Source: Heptranchias perlo | Taxonomy: Eukaryota | DNA: 64,000 nt | Direction: 5' to 3' | Assembly: GCF_035084215.1 (NCBI RefSeq) | Contig: NC_090325.1 | Location: 173,290,001-173,354,000, forward strand | Part shown: piece by piece, positions 1-14,059 of the stretch | How the letters are laid out: each line of letters starts with the position of its first letter | Position numbering within the stretch: position 1 is the first letter of the stretch | Notes under the pieces: generated by a model | Seen by the model: the letters and a program-made list of their open reading frames with translations, nothing else | What the model was told of the DNA's origin: nothing | The model's database searches: none | Translations under genes and position numbers: made by a program

Positions 1-766
1 ATTCGGTGGAATTGTTTGTTCCCGATTTGTGAGAATGAAAAGCTTGCAGCTGTCCATTCGTCCCATACTGCCCTGGCATTGAGACTTAAACAGACTTCTG
101 TTCACTAGTTGTAGCAAATCTTGAACAGGTTGTCTGTACTCACACTGACAGTTTTGCTCCAAAAGGCAAAAGAAGATATCTTACCCCATGGTGTTCTTGT
201 TATGTATGGAATGTAAGGATATAGATGTTCTAAAATTGATTCTTAAAGGGGAATGAGATTGTTTAAGGAAAATAAGGGAGCACTAAAAATGTATTGTCAT
301 AACAATGCACGATGGGTGATGCCACTAAGGAATGGTATGCATTTTTTCGGCACAGTGACAATTCTTGGCGGGAAGGAGGAACTGGGGTGGTGGAGGCTGA
401 GAATAGAGAACAGAGGGGCCAGCAGGGAATAGGGGGGAAGGCAAGAGAACAGTGCAGAGTGCAGGTATGAAGCTAGGGAATAAAGCACAGTGAGGTGAGA
501 GTATACAGCACAACAGAGGGCACGGGGAGGAAAGCAGGGTAAAGAATTTTAAAGCTAAAGCCTAGGTGAATATACATAGTTTAGGACACAGCCAAGGTTG
601 AAAATAATAGGAAAGAAGAAAAAGTATACCAAGAAGTAGTGGTTAGGTGATGCCAATCTTGGGTTTGAAAAGCTTGTAGATTGTTGGAGGCAGGACAGAT
701 ACAGGCAGCGAAGGAATTCTACAGTTTCGAGGACCTTGGAAAGAATGAGACACAGTGAGAGAGAGT

Positions 767-3326
767 GGGCCGGATTTTGCTGTGAGTGGCGAAAGAACGG
801 CACTAGCCATTTGATAGACTTGCACTTGCCCACAGACCTTCTATGAGCGTTTGCTCAGCAAGTTGCTGTCAGCCAACCATCCAAAAAGCACAGTGCCCTC
901 TACAGGGCATCTGGCACCTGTGTGAACAGGGCAAGCAACTGTGCATCTCCTTAACCAATCAGAATGAAGAATCATTAATGAGCAGCGCAGAGTCTGAGCC
1001 AGGAAGTGTAAGTTAGAATAGTGAATTCACTGGCGAATCAGGTACAGAAAGCGAAGTAAAGAGAGGGAAAGAAAGATTGGATTAAGAGAGAAACAGAAAG
1101 TAAAAGTTAAAAAAAGTATTTAAATTTTTAAAAAAATCTCCAACAATAATTGAGAACATAAGAACATAAGAAATAAGAGCAGGAGTAGGCCATCCGGCCC
1201 CTCGAGCCTACTCCGCCATTCAACAATATCAGGGCTGATCTTCTACCTCAACGCCATTTTCCTGCACTATCTCCATATCCCTTGATGCTTTTAGTATCTA
1301 GAAATCTATCGATCTCTATTTTGAATGTATTCAATGACTGAGCCTCCACAGCCCTCTTGGGTAGAGAATTCTAAAGATTCGCCACCCTCTGAGTGAAGAA
1401 ATTTCTCCTCATCTCAGTCCTAAATGGCCTACCCCTTATTCTGAGACTGTGACCCCTGTTTCTAGACTCCCCAGCCAAGGGAAACATCCTCCCTGCATCT
1501 ACCCTGTCGAGCCCTGTAAGAATTTTGTATGTTTCAATGAGATCACCTCTCATTCTTCTAAACTCGAGAGGATACAGGCCTAGTCTACTCAATCTCTCCT
1601 CATACAACAATCCCGCCATAACAGGAATCAGTCTGGTGAACCTTCGTTGCACTCCCTCTATGGCAAGTATATCCTTTCTTAGGTAAGGAGACCAAAATTG
1701 TACACAATACTCCCGGTGCGGTCTCACCAAGGCCCTATATAATTGCAGTAAAACATCTTTACTCCTGTACTCAAATCCTCTTGTAATAAAGGCCAACTTA
1801 CTACTTGCCTTCCTAATTGCTTGCTGCATCTGCATGTTAGCTTTCAGTGACTCATGTACAAGGACACCCAGGTCCCTTCAAGTATCAACATTTCCCAATC
1901 TCTCACCATTTAAAAAATACTCTGCAGTTCTGTTTTTCCTACCAAAGTGGATAACTTCACATTTTTCCACATTATATTCCATCTGCCATGTTCTTGCGCA
2001 CTCACTTAACCTGTCTCTAATCCCCTTGAAGCCTCTTTGCATCCTCCTCACAATTCACATTCCCACCTAGTTTTGTGTCATCAGCAAACTTGGAAATATT
2101 ACATTTGGTCCCCTCATCCAAATTATTGATATAGATTGTGAATAGCTGGGGCCCAAGCACCGATCCCTGCGGTATTCCACTAGTCACAGTCTGCCAACCT
2201 GAAAAAGACCCATTTATTCCTATTCTCTGTTTTCTGTCTGTTAATCTCAATCCATGCCAGTATATTACCCCCAATTCCATGTGCTCTAACTTTGTTCACC
2301 AACCTCCTGTGTGGGACCTTATTGAAAGCCTTCTGAAAATCCAAATACACCACATCCACTGGTTCCCCCTTATCTATTCTACTAGTTACATCCTCAAAGA
2401 ACTCCAATAGGTCTGTCAAACATTATTTCCCTTTCATTAATCCATGTTGACTCTGCCAAATCCTATTATTATTTTCTAAGTGTCCCATTATCACATCCTT
2501 TATAATAGATTCTAGTATTTTCCCTACTACTGATGTCAGGCTAACATGTCTGTAGTTCCCCGTTTTCTCTCTACCTTCTTTCTTAAATAGTGGGGTTACA
2601 TTTGCTACCCTCTAATCTGCAGGAACCATTCCAGAATCTATAGAATTTTGGAAGATGACAACCAATGCATCCACTATCTCTATAGCCACCTCTTGCAAAA
2701 CTCTGGGTTGTAGATCATCAGGTCCTTGGGATTTTCCCATTAATTTCTCTAGTACTACTTTTTTACTAATACTAATTTCTTTCAGTTCCTCATTCTCGTC
2801 AGACCCTTGGTTTTCTAATATTTCTGGGAGGTTATTTGTGTCTTCTTCCATGAAGACAGACACAAAGTATTTGTTTAATTTCTCTGCATTTCCTTATTCC
2901 CCATTATAAATTCTCCTGTTTCTGTCTGTAAGGAACCCACATTTGCCTGAAGGAATGAAGACTCCACTCTTGTAAAAGTTAATTTTCAGTGCCGGAGGTT
3001 GTTTTGCTGTAATTAAGATTTACCATGCCGTCAAAAGGGTACTTACACTGTAATGGACAAACCCTAACTTTTTTTGGCAAGTTTAGTCCGTATCTATGAG
3101 GTCAGCGCAGGAACTTCACGCCATTCAATACATTTCAACGGTGAGTCAGACGACGAGATGCCGTTTTCGTGCAGCTTTTGGAGGGGCAGCATTTCTTGGA
3201 CAGTAATTTCCAGATTTCTGCGTTTAACTGCGCATGTGCGGTTGCCGGCAGTTGCTGTCTGATTTGCACATAGATAACGGTGAGCGTTGTTAACCTCACC
3301 ATTACTTTTACAGCAAAATCCAGCCC
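767..3326 (+). mobile_element. PIF/Harbinger-type MITE (about 700 bp family) split by a CR1 insertion
   Basis: TIR GGGCCGGATTTTGCTGT / ACAGCAAAATCCAGCCC, 3-bp TSD AGT; the two halves match the intact copy at 7250-7976. Confidence 0.8.
1153..2946 (-). mobile_element. CR1 LINE, 5'-truncated RT region
   Basis: Broken ORF2 ([27 protein letters not shown]); AGAACATA repeat at the 3' tail. Confidence 0.92.
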
Positions 3327-3825
3327 AGTGTGTTGCATCTTTGCTTCAAAATGGTGAAGATGTAGCGAGGAGGAAGAACATGGAGAATGGTGTATTTGCA
3401 AGAACAAGAAAGGAACGCACTGAAAGTGGTAAATCCACCACATACTATAAACAGGGCAGATTAACCAACAGAAAGGCGACAGCCCTGAAGCCTGAAATTA
3501 GACACAAAAAAAATAAGCTGCTGATGGCAGCAATATTCAGATCACCCCAGCTCTGTCCCTCTTATCTTCTTTTTGAAATTATCTACACAGGCACTTTAGT
3601 AAAGCAGTAAATGAGGTTGTGTAACCTGTGCAAAGAACATTCAGACTAGTTAATATATAAGCCTGAAAAACTGGGCATGATATCTAAGTGCCAGTATTAT
3701 TTAGTGCATATGATTTGTCATCACTAGTTCTTATTAACTTTATTAGGTTACTTTCAATGCCAAATGTCAATGTCAAATTTATACAGAATCTTGTAGCGAT
3801 ATTTTTAAGTTTTTTCAAAGCTAAT

Positions 3826-4413
3826 GAGCCCAAAGTTCTTGGAGCCCCACTCTGAAGCCAGAAGCAAGATAGGGTGGAATTTCCAGCTGCCAGTCTGTTC
3901 CACTCCAGACCCCATCCTAAATCCCGAGGACAAAGTTATTTGTATAAAGTGGGTACGGATCTGCACATTTATGGTACTCCCTGGGCATCTACCCTGTGGG
4001 AGGGTCAGGAATTTCAGGGCAGCACCTTGCTACTCTGTCAGGCAGCAGACAAACCTTTCCAGCTAAAGGTTGCAGGGTTTCTGAAGACAAAGTTCTACTT
4101 TAAGATTGCCACCTTCTTGAGAGCGTTTGATCACTTTGTGATAGCCTGGCATTCATGTACACCTGCATCATGAAGGCATACTTTGCGTTCTGGGCAAAGG
4201 AGCCGGAACTGGTGGGATTTCTGGCAGGTGATATCATCTTGCCAGTCCTGCCTCTCTTCTGAAGGAGATGACACAAGAAGTGCTTGCTCCTCACTCCCTT
4301 GGGAATTTCTCATTGTGCAAAAACAATAGACCTGCCAGAACTGGACCCCATGTCAAATTCTAGTCTCCCCTGCCGAGCAAATGGTCCCTCTCAGTCCCAA
4401 GAATTTCTGGCCC
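3826..4413. mobile_element. MITE-like element
   Basis: Imperfect TIR gagcccaaagttcttgg / ccaagaatttctggccc. Confidence 0.55.
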
Positions 4414-5004
4414 ATTGTCTTTATCTAAAATAGATTGCATATGGTGCACCATCACACTACCTGTAACCCACTTTTTGTATAAGGCTTCTGTGTCACTTAA
4501 TCACAATTGAATGTATTCACATTTACAAATCTAAGCTGCAAATTTCTTCCGTTCGTTTGGATGGTGTGCAAATTTATTCACATATAAATTTGTTGTTAGA
4601 GCAGAAGACCCAAGTGCCCCAATCAATTCACTCAAAAGAAAATTCCAACTTCTTTAGGCTGCCAGCTTTTCCTCAATAACTGAAATTTCTAATATCGAAA
4701 ACAAGGTTTTAAACCTAAGAGCAATGTCAGTGTTACTGTGCTCTGATTGCTGAGCCTCACTAGACAAAAGCACAAGTTGGAAAATTAATGGATGGAAAAT
4801 TGTGGGGAGTGCACCAGCGATTTTCTGATATTCTCTCCCATCAAGTGAGCAGCGTACCATTTGCCCTTTAATAAAAACATACAAGAATTACATATTTCAC
4901 AATAAGGGGGTAGATTTTCAGCTTGCTGCCTGGGCCTAAAACTAACGTTGCAGATAGGCTACCCGATTTTCATTTCAGCTCTGTCATTTAAAATTATGAC
5001 CTTC

Positions 5005-5135
5005 NNNNNNNNNNNNNNNNNNNNNNNNNNNNNNNNNNNNNNNNNNNNNNNNNNNNNNNNNNNNNNNNNNNNNNNNNNNNNNNNNNNNNNNNNNNNNNNN
5101 NNNNNNNNNNNNNNNNNNNNNNNNNNNNNNNNNNN
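5005..5135. other. Assembly gap (131 N)
   Basis: Run of N. Confidence 1.
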
Positions 5136-5520
5136 GTCCAAAGCGCTTTGCAGCCAATTAAATACTTTTGAAGTGTAGTCACTGTTATAACGTAGAAACG
5201 GGGCAATCAATTTGCCCACAGCAAGGTCTCACAAACAGTAATGTGATAGTGAGCAGATAATCTGTTTTAGTGATGTTGGTTGAATGATAAATATTGGCCA
5301 GTACACCAGGGAGAACTCCCCTACTCTTTGTTGAAATAGTGCCATGTCCACCTGAGAGGGCAGACCCGGATCTCAGTTTAACATCTCTTTCAAAAGATAG
5401 CACTCCCTCAGTACTTCCTTGAAGTGTCAGCCTGGATTATGAGCAGGTCACTGGAGTGGGACTTGAACCCAAACCTTCTAACCCATAGGCAAGAGTGCTA
5501 CCACTGAGTCACAGCTAACA
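5136..5520 (-). mobile_element. tRNA-derived SINE, SacSINE1/DeuSINE-like
   Basis: tRNA-like head (tgtgactcagtggtagcac...ggttcaagtccc); same family as 52773 and 58492. Confidence 0.8.
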
Positions 5521-5614
5521 CCAATACCAAGCCATTAAGTAACATTTGTAGACTGTAGCGAATTTCATGTGCCTGAATTTCATGTGACCGCACCTCCAGG
5601 GATAGACAGCATTA

Positions 5615-5627
5615 GTGTGTGTGTGTA

Positions 5628-5666
<39 letters not shown>

Positions 5667-5690
5667 GTGATAGAGAGAGGCAGAGAGACA
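5615..5690. repeat. (TG)n(AG)n microsatellite
   Basis: Visible directly. Confidence 0.95.
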
Positions 5691-5710
5691 GTTTAAGTGA
5701 GAAAAAGACA

Positions 5711-6367
5711 GGCGACCCGAAATTCCGATTAGACTGCTCCGCTGGCAGAAGTGCAGTGGAGTTGGGCTTTAAGTCCAGCAATGTTGGGAGACCAAGACCC
5801 TTTCCCAACTTCTAGGGATGGGGTCACTTGCATGGTTGGGGTAGATGGCCCACGTTAATAAAGATGCATCGTCTGCGCCCTTCCCAATCCACTGACGTAA
5901 TTGGGATCAGTTTACAGTCGCTCACTGGGGTGACCCTGAGACCCTTCCTGGGTTGAAGAGAAAAGATCAGCAAAATTTTACAAAACTTTCTAAAGGAGCC
6001 GTAAGGTTTTAAATTAAAGCCAATCATTCTCTTCAGGGATCAATAGACCTTTGCCTGCAAAAGTTCTGTGATCTTTCCTAGGGCCTAAGCGACACTCAAG
6101 CTAGCTGTCAGTTAGATAACATTTCGCTCAGGCCTACTGAGGACGTAACGGGTGGGATTTCTCAGATAGTCCAGGAACTCCCCTGGACACTCACCTTAAC
6201 CTGAATGGGGGTTGGGTGCAAGATTCAGTTTTTACTTCCCAACCATAATTTCTCTGAGCAGCATAAATGGGACAGAATCCTGGTGGAACCCAGTTCTGTT
6301 CCAATTATCAGTCCCCCATTGTGAGGTCTCAAGTTGTGCCCAGTGTCAGATCAGAATTTCAACCCCT
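5711..6367. mobile_element. MITE-like element
   Basis: Imperfect TIR gaaattccgat / atcagaatttc. Confidence 0.45.
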
Positions 6368-7249
6368 GAGAGAGGAAAAGAGAGAGAGAGGGACAGAGAG
6401 ATCGAGAGTGGGAGAGTGAGAGAGTATATGACCTGCTGCCAGGTACCAAGCCCACAGTGCATTCCTAGCCCATGCATACCTACCACCCCACTTGACCCAT
6501 TTCTGGAAAGCAGTTACCGCTCCCCCTCAGCAAGCCATTTCAGCTTTTAGTCCCCTCCACCAGATCATCCCTGGCATTTTCCTGACCATCAGATGATTTC
6601 TCCTTCTGAGTTCCTAAAGTGAAGCCACTTTTTAAGCACAGAACCTACTGTCGCTGTATTTCTGTACTCTGCGCGAGGATATAGTTGGCAAAAACAGTGA
6701 TGGCAGGTTTTCCACTTTAAAAACTATCTTCATGATGATACGTGGGCTGATGGCGTAGAACTCTCCAGGGCCATCTGATGGTTAAGGCAGGTTGGGAGTG
6801 AATGGGGCATCTCAATGTCGTCATACCCCAAGTGGTCAGTGTTGCCAGGTCACCATACCTACTTCAATGTACTGAGACCCTAGGACTCTCTCCCAATGTC
6901 TCTCAGCCTTAGGAATCGATGACCTCAGTGCTCCTAAACTGTGGAATCCTCCTTCCTGGTGCTACAGGCCTGGGGCTCCATCCCCAGTCCTGTCACACTG
7001 GGATGCCACTCACTACTGGTAGACTCTAACAATCATTCCAGCAAACCAAATCTCACATTTTACCCCACTCCCCCAGTGCTACCAAACCCCTGGTTCCCCC
7101 TCTACAAGTACTGTTAAATTCCTCAGCCCCATGCCCACTTCCTCACAAACCTATCTCCAATCTGCTATATATTGCCTACCATCTTCCCGTTTACCCTGGG
7201 CTTTAAAAAGGTGAGGTAAAAATTAAATAGATAGGTGAATCAAACTATT

Positions 7250-7976
7250 GGGCTGGATTTTGCTGTGAGCAGCCTGCCGTTCGCTAGACTTGCACTTGCC
7301 CATAGACTTTCTTTTAGCTTTTGCACGGCAAGTTCCTGAAAATTAGACAGCCAAAAAGAACGGCACCCTCTACATGGCATCTGGGACCGGTGTGAACAGG
7401 AGGAGCAACTGGCTACCCCCTTAACCAATCAGATTGAAGCATGTTAATAAGCCACGCAGAGACTGAGCCAGGTAGTGTAAGTTAGAATAATATATTCAAT
7501 GTCAAATCATGTACAGTAAGCAAAATAAAGGGAGAGGAAGAAAGATTGAATTAAGAGACAGAGATAAAAAAGACAGAAAGAAAAAGTTAAAAAAAGTACT
7601 TTTTAAAAAAAATGTCCAACAACAATTAAAATCTAAAGGAATGAGAATCCACATTTGTTAAAGTTAATTTTCAGTGCCAGAGGGGTTGATTGGCAGTCAC
7701 TAAGAATGGACAAGCCCTAGCTTTTTCTGGCGAGTTTAGTCCGTATCTATGGCATCAGTGCAGGAACATCACGCTGTTCCATTCATTTGAATAGGGAGCC
7801 AGCTGGCGAGATGCCGTTCTCACGAAGCTTACAAAGGAACAGTGCATCTCGTGCAGCAACTTCCGGATTTCTGCATTTAACTGTGCACGTGTGGCCAGAA
7901 GTTGCTGACCGATTTGCACAGAAGTAACGGTGAGTGCTGTTAGACTCACCGTTATTTTCACAGCAAAATCTGTCCC
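7250..7976 (+). mobile_element. Harbinger-type MITE, intact copy
   Basis: TIR GGGCTGGATTTTGCTGTGA / TCACAGCAAAATCTGTCCC; ATT/AAT flanks. Confidence 0.8.
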
Positions 7977-9594
7977 AATACAATCATCATAATTAAAGTC
8001 AGCCATTTATATTTTTCATGGAAAAATGGACAGAATCCTAAAATTTGTTCCCCAAAATTTTAGCAGAAGTCCCATAATACCATGTAATAAAAACATAACA
8101 TGTCATATTTAGTTACTGTAAATCAGTGGTCCCGATCTATTACATAGTATAATATGGTATATATATTACATGGTATAACACAACTATCATTATAAAACAA
8201 CATATTCTGACTCAATGTGAGCAATGCCATATTTGATTTGCTACTATTTTAATTAAAACTTTACACAAAGGTGCATGTCCAGTCTGTCACATTTAAGACA
8301 TTGTACACTATCTAATGCAAATTTCTGTGTCATACATTTTAAAAATATAACAAAACAAAGACAGTGGTTTGGAATGTGCAGACAAACTGTCCAGCAACTG
8401 AGCCAAAATGTATTCAGGCTCTCAATTGAGCTGTGTATGAACTCACCTTGTTATTATTTAACATGATTTATATTTTGTAGCCTTTAAAGGGGCATACTTA
8501 TCCTTTAGCATCAGAATAACAAATTCAGTATAATGTCCATCACCTTATAAAATAGCACATCTGCTGACTTATCATGAGCAATGCTGAAGCACATTCACTA
8601 ACAATAGATTAAAAATGATACATCAGTGCCTACAGACATCAGACTGCAGACATTACATTGCAGATGTCACACTGTGAATGTCACATTTTGTTACAAGACA
8701 ATCTTTTAAAAAGCCAGTTATTTAATGCCTGTCTACTTCTGATCTGAAGCTGAAACTGGCCAGCACTTTTTAATTTGCAATGTTCCTTGACCAAACGACA
8801 TTAAAACCTAAGTCTGTGCTTACTTATCAAAAGTTTTGACTTTTTTGGGGAGAGGAACCGGAAGTCATCACAATGATGTTTTGTACCAGTAACTAAATTA
8901 GATGCTTTGATTTCATGTACATGACTAATCAGTGTGCAGTTAATGTTCACATTGACTGAACACTTTCAGAGAACAGTCAACAATCACACCCAATTCTTTC
9001 TTCCTTTCAACCCTCCAATTGAAACTCACTTATTGCTCATGTTTCCTGCATCAAGGTACATCACTTTACATTTATCCACATTAAAATCCATCTCATTGAT
9101 TAGCTCAACTATATGATTCCAATTTTATATTTTATTTGAACTGATTTTGGAATGGTGATTTACTTAAAGAAAATACTTCTTCTATTCAATCATCGGTGAA
9201 GCAATGTTTATATTTTACTCAGTAACTGCAATCAAAGTGACATCATCACCTGGTGTCAAAGTGTCCCTGGTAAATGGAAAATATCTATTCTGAACTTTGT
9301 TTTTATTATGTAGACTGAAAGATTAAAACATACAGAAGTGGAACCAGATAATGGTAGATTGTTGCGTGTGATAAACAGCAACTGTTTTGGAATCTGAGGT
9401 TTTAATTGTTTTCACAACAGCAGAAGATCTTACAGGATAATTCCACTCCAACTATAATCGTGTACCAGCTCTTTGTTGGTAGCCAACTGGAGAGACCTAT
9501 TGGAGCTAAAAACTACACGTAATAGTCAGTTTTCTTGCATATTTGGAGTCTATAATGATTCCAGTTTGCCTTTTTCACAGTGTGGCCCAGGAAG

Positions 9595-9760
9595 TTGCAT
9601 TTAAGGGGAAGCTAGCTAAGCGCATGAGGGAGAAATGGATGGAAGGATATGCTGATAGGGTTAGATGAAGAGGGGTGGGTGGAGGCTCGTGTGGAGCATA
9701 AATGCTGGCATAGGCCAATTGGGCCAAATGACCTGTATCTGTAGTGTAAAATCTATGTAA
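9595..9760 (+). mobile_element. CR1 3'-end fragment
   Basis: gcatttaaggggaagcta...gggccaaatgacctg 3' UTR motif. Confidence 0.7.
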
Positions 9761-10269
9761 TTCAACATAAGTTCCATTTTACCTCTGTTATTGCAAAGAT
9801 GTGGTCCTGCAACTTTCAAGCCATGTGCCTATATTTCAGTTGGAGGAAATGGCTGCAAAGCTGATTTCCGAGGCTAAACTTGTACTGCCACTTGCATCCA
9901 TGCAAAGCAGTTTTGGGTGGGTATCAATGCAAAACAGGCTTTGTAACTCAGAAGACTATTGAGTGTAATAAAGACCTGATGTGTGAGATCCACCCCCCAC
10001 CCCCACACCTCCTTCCCTAGAAGGATTTTTAAGATTGTTTTGAGTGCCCAAAAAGTGTAACGTAAATCCACCATGAATGATGAAAAGTGACAGCAAATGC
10101 CTCAGTGTTAATTAAAATAAAACGGTTAGGTTTTTGATGTATTTGAGACCAATCTCGAGTTCTGATGAAGGGTTAACTGGCAGCTAAGAGTTTCCAGCAT
10201 TTTCTGTTTTTGCTTCAAATTTCCAGCACTTGTAGTTTTTGGCTTTTTATTTTGAATCACATGCTCACC

Positions 10270-12390
10270 TTTAATTAGAAAGTAGGCTTTCTTTTTATCT
10301 ACAGTGGTTAGTATGGAATTCTTTCCTTTGATAATGTTGGGAAAAAGAGTAATAAGCCTGAGGATTGGGAGAGTTTTAGAAACCAGCAAAGAATGACCAA
10401 AAAATTGATGATGTGGAGATGCCGGTGATGGACTGGGGTTGACAAATGTAAGGAATCTTACAACACCAGGTTATAGTCCAACTGTGACAAATGTAAGATT
10501 CCTTACATCAAAAAATTGATAAAAAGGGAGAAAATAGAATATGAAAGTAAACTAACAAGAAATATAAAAACAGATTGTAAGAGCTTCTACAAGTATGTAA
10601 AAAGGAAGAGAGTTGCAAAAGTAAACGTTGGTCCCTTAGAGGCTGAGACAGGAGAGATTATAATGGGGAATCATGAAATGGCAGATGCGTTAAACAAATA
10701 TTTTGTATCTGTCTTCACAGTCAAAGACACAAAAAGCATACCAAAAATAATGGGGAACCAAGGGGTAAATGAGAGTGAGGAACTTAAAACAATTAATATC
10801 ACTAGAGAAAAAGTACTGGACAAACTAACAGGAAATCCCCTGGACCTGATGGCCGACATCTTAGGGTTCTAAAAGAGTTGACTGCAGAGATAGTGGATGC
10901 ATTGGTTATGATCTTCCAAAATTCCCTATATTCTAGAATGGACCCAGCGGATTGGAAGGTAGCAAATGTAACGCTGCTATTCAAGAAAGGAGGCCAAGAG
11001 AAAACAGGGAACTACAGGCCAGTTAGCCTGACATCAGTTGTTGGGAAAATGCTGGAATCCATTATTAAGGAAGTGGTAATAGGGCAATTAGAAAATCATA
11101 ATATGATTAGGCAGAGTCAACATGGTTTTATGAAAGGGAAATCGTATTTGACAAATCTATTAGTTTTTTGAGCATGCAACTAGCAGGGTATATTAAGGGG
11201 AACCAGTGGATGTAGCATATTTGGATTTTCAAAAAGCATTTGATAATGTGCAGGTTGTTACGCAAGATAAGGGCTCATGATGTTGGGGGTAATATATCAG
11301 CATGGATAGGAGGTTGGTTAATGGACAGAAAACAGAGAGTAGGGATAAGCAGGTCATTTTCAGGTTGGCAGGCTATAACTAGTGGAATGCCGCAAGGATC
11401 AGCGCTTGGGCCTCAGCTATTTACAATCTATATTAATGACTTAGATGAAGGGACCGAGTGTAATATATTCAAGTTTGCTGATGATACAAAGCTAGGTGGG
11501 AAAGTAAGCTGTGAGGAGGACACCAAGAGTCTGCAGAGGGATTTAGACAGTTTAGGTGAGTGGGCAGGAAGGTGGCAGATGGAGTATAATGTGGGGAAAT
11601 GTGAACTTGTTCACTTTGGTAGGAAGAATAGAAAAACAGAATATTTTTTAAATGGTGAGAAACTATTAAATGTTGGTATCCAGAGATACTTGGGTGTCCT
11701 CGTACAAGAAACACAAAAAGTTAGCATGCACGTACAGCAAGCAATTAGGAAGGCAAATGGCATGTTGGCCTTTATTGCAAGGGGGTTGGAGTACAAGAGT
11801 AAGGAAGTCTTACTACAATTGTACAGGGCTTTGGTGAAACCTCACCTGGAGTACTACGTACAGTTTTGGTCTCCTTATCTAAGAAAAGATATACTTGCCT
11901 TAGAGGCGGTGCAACAAAAGTTCACTCGATTGATCCCTGGGATGAGAGGGTTATCCTATGAGGAGAGATTGAATAGAATGGGCCTATACTCTCTGAAGTT
12001 TAGAAGAATGAGAGGTGATCTCATTGAAACATACAAGATTCTGAGGGGGCTTGACAGGGTAAATGCTGAGAGGTTTCTTCCTGTGGCTGGAGAGTCTAGA
12101 ACTAGGGGGCATAGTCTCAAGATAAGAGGTTGGCCATTTAGGACTGAGATGAGGAGGAATTTCTTCACTCAGAGGGTTGTGAATTTTTGGAATTCTCTAC
12201 CCGAGGCTGTGGATGCTGAGTGATTGACTATGTTCAAGGCTGAGATAAATAGGTTTTTGGACTTTAGGGGAATCAAGGGATATGGGGATTGGGCAAGAAA
12301 GTGGAGTTGAGGTCGAAGATCAGCCATGATCCTATTGAATGGCGGAGGAAGCTCGAGGGACCGTATGGCCTACTCCTATTTCTTATGTTC
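10270..12390 (+). mobile_element. CR1 LINE ORF2 (RT) fragment with 3' UTR
   Basis: ORFs at 10516, 10878 and 11240 ([19 protein letters not shown]). Confidence 0.93.
10410..10509. mobile_element. 100-bp Penelope pLTR remnant inserted in the CR1
   Basis: Starts gatgtggagatgccggtgatggactgggg, ends acatc; TSD aaaaaattgat (10399-10409 / 10510-10520). Confidence 0.8.
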
Positions 12391-12737
12391 ATATAAAGCT
12401 GTCTGTTTTATTTTTTAAACCAACCAACCCTTTATGTCTTATGATGCAGCAACAGAAAATGCCTTGTTATGATGAGCCAGGTGCAGGGATAATACGAGGC
12501 ACCTTGTTTTGTGTCCGTTATTCGGTCACTGCAATGCACGATAATAAAACTGAATTTGTGACAGTTTCACCTGTGGTCAAGTAATTATACTGCGAAAGGC
12601 GGTAGAACGGATCTCTGCGAAGGGTTATAATGGACAAGGGATTCAGCGGTCCTACACTTATTGTGATTTTAAGTCACTGAGAAAAAAAAGACAAAAAAAA
12701 AATACATCAGTTTCGTCTTGCATACAGCTGGCATCTT

Positions 12738-12851
12738 GTGAATCTGGAATAAAAACAGAAAATGCTGGAAAAGCTCAGCAAGTGAGGCAGCGTCTGTGGA
12801 GAAAGCAACAGAATGAACCTTTCAGGTCGAAGAGCTTTGGTCAGAACTGGA
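12738..12851 (-). mobile_element. Penelope-like terminal fragment (family 2) with decayed hammerhead
   Basis: Same terminus as 51838-51980. Confidence 0.6.
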
Positions 12852-12859
12852 TCTGGGAA

Positions 12860-13300
12860 AGTTGCTGCCCACGGTATTTCACGGAGGTATTCATCAGCAG
12901 GCGCGGTTGTGGTTTATTACCGCCGTTAAAACTCTTTTAGTTTTATTGCATAATCTCACACTGCAAATGCATCCGACGTGTGCCTGAACCCAGCTCCCTG
13001 GAAGCCCTTGACCAGCTGCTGAAACCTTCAGCCCAGCGGCGGCCGCGTGCGGTGACGCAGCCTGGGCGAGAGCCCCACTCCCCGGCGCCGATCCCTCTGC
13101 CTATTGGTTGCCCTGGGCCCGACCTGTCGGATCGCCACTTGGTTATTGGTCCGCCGGCTCGAGCCCCCAAATCGAACTAAAAGGCGAACTCGAGACAAGC
13201 CCTGGGAAGGAGCGTCACCGGGGAGTCACCCGAGCCGACACCCCGTCGGCGTGCAGCCAATGCACACAGCCAGTCGCCCGCCCAGAAAAGACCTTGATTT
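12860..13300. promoter_or_regulatory. CpG island with three CCAAT boxes and a CRE-like GTGACGCA
   Basis: High CpG density; ATTGG at about 13103 and 13145, CCAAT at about 13257. Confidence 0.55.
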
Positions 13301-14059
13301 TATTTTAACAGCAATTCCCAATTGCAGAAAATACCACGTTATGAAATGTTGCTCCCCATCTCCTGGTTGACGCATCTTTTCTTTATGTTTTCCTATTTAT
13401 TCTTTTTCTCGTTGCAACTTAATTGTGCAGGAGAGACCATTCTAGTTTGAGAAGTCTATGGACTTTGATAACATCCACGTAGGCTACAAACTTTATTGCG
13501 TACCAATGACTGTCAGATAACAGGCAGAATATAAAAGTGATTAAGATAACATATCATCTTGACGTTCCGGTTGCCATCGAGTTATTGTTGAGAAATCGAG
13601 AGTTGCGGTTTTCCTTGGCTGCAGTCAATCCACGTTTGTGTAAGTCTACGAAAAAAAGTTTTAAAACACATTGCACCATTTGCAAGAAGTTGGTCTGTTG
13701 GAAAGTCTGCCCCTTTTATTTTGTTTGAGCTTTTCATTCTTAGTAACAGCGCTCACAGTAATTGCATTTTTACTGTAATTCTAAAATTACTGGCACATTA
13801 TCGTCATCAGCATAGAACAAAAATCATAACACCGTGATCTCTATACCTCTTGCAGCAGCTCCAAAATCACACTTGCTGTCTACGTCGTCTTTCTGCTAGG
13901 GATCTGTTCTATCTGGGAGCCATATCATGAGATATTTAGATACATGTTCTACAAGGTGAAGGTTAGAATTATAAAGTGGTAGCCAAGCTTCTTTGGTGGA
14001 ACAGTGACAAAACATAGATGGTAAAGGTAATCGTTTTATCTGTACACACCTCCCATTTA

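Noticed and set aside
9334-9505. Two exon-like segments on the - strand
   Set aside because: The intervening intron would be only about 40 nt and the peptides are unrecognisable
10148-10245. Hammerhead-like CTGATGA motifs (here and at 12810-12850)
   Set aside because: Stem II/GAAA deleted here; core mutated to CUGACCA in the other copy
11240-12223. 327-aa ORF as a host gene
   Set aside because: CR1 reverse transcriptase fragment, frameshifted upstream
1-12800. TBC1D9 exons expected from synteny
   Set aside because: No recognisable TBC1D9 coding sequence found by eye; it may lie outside the window
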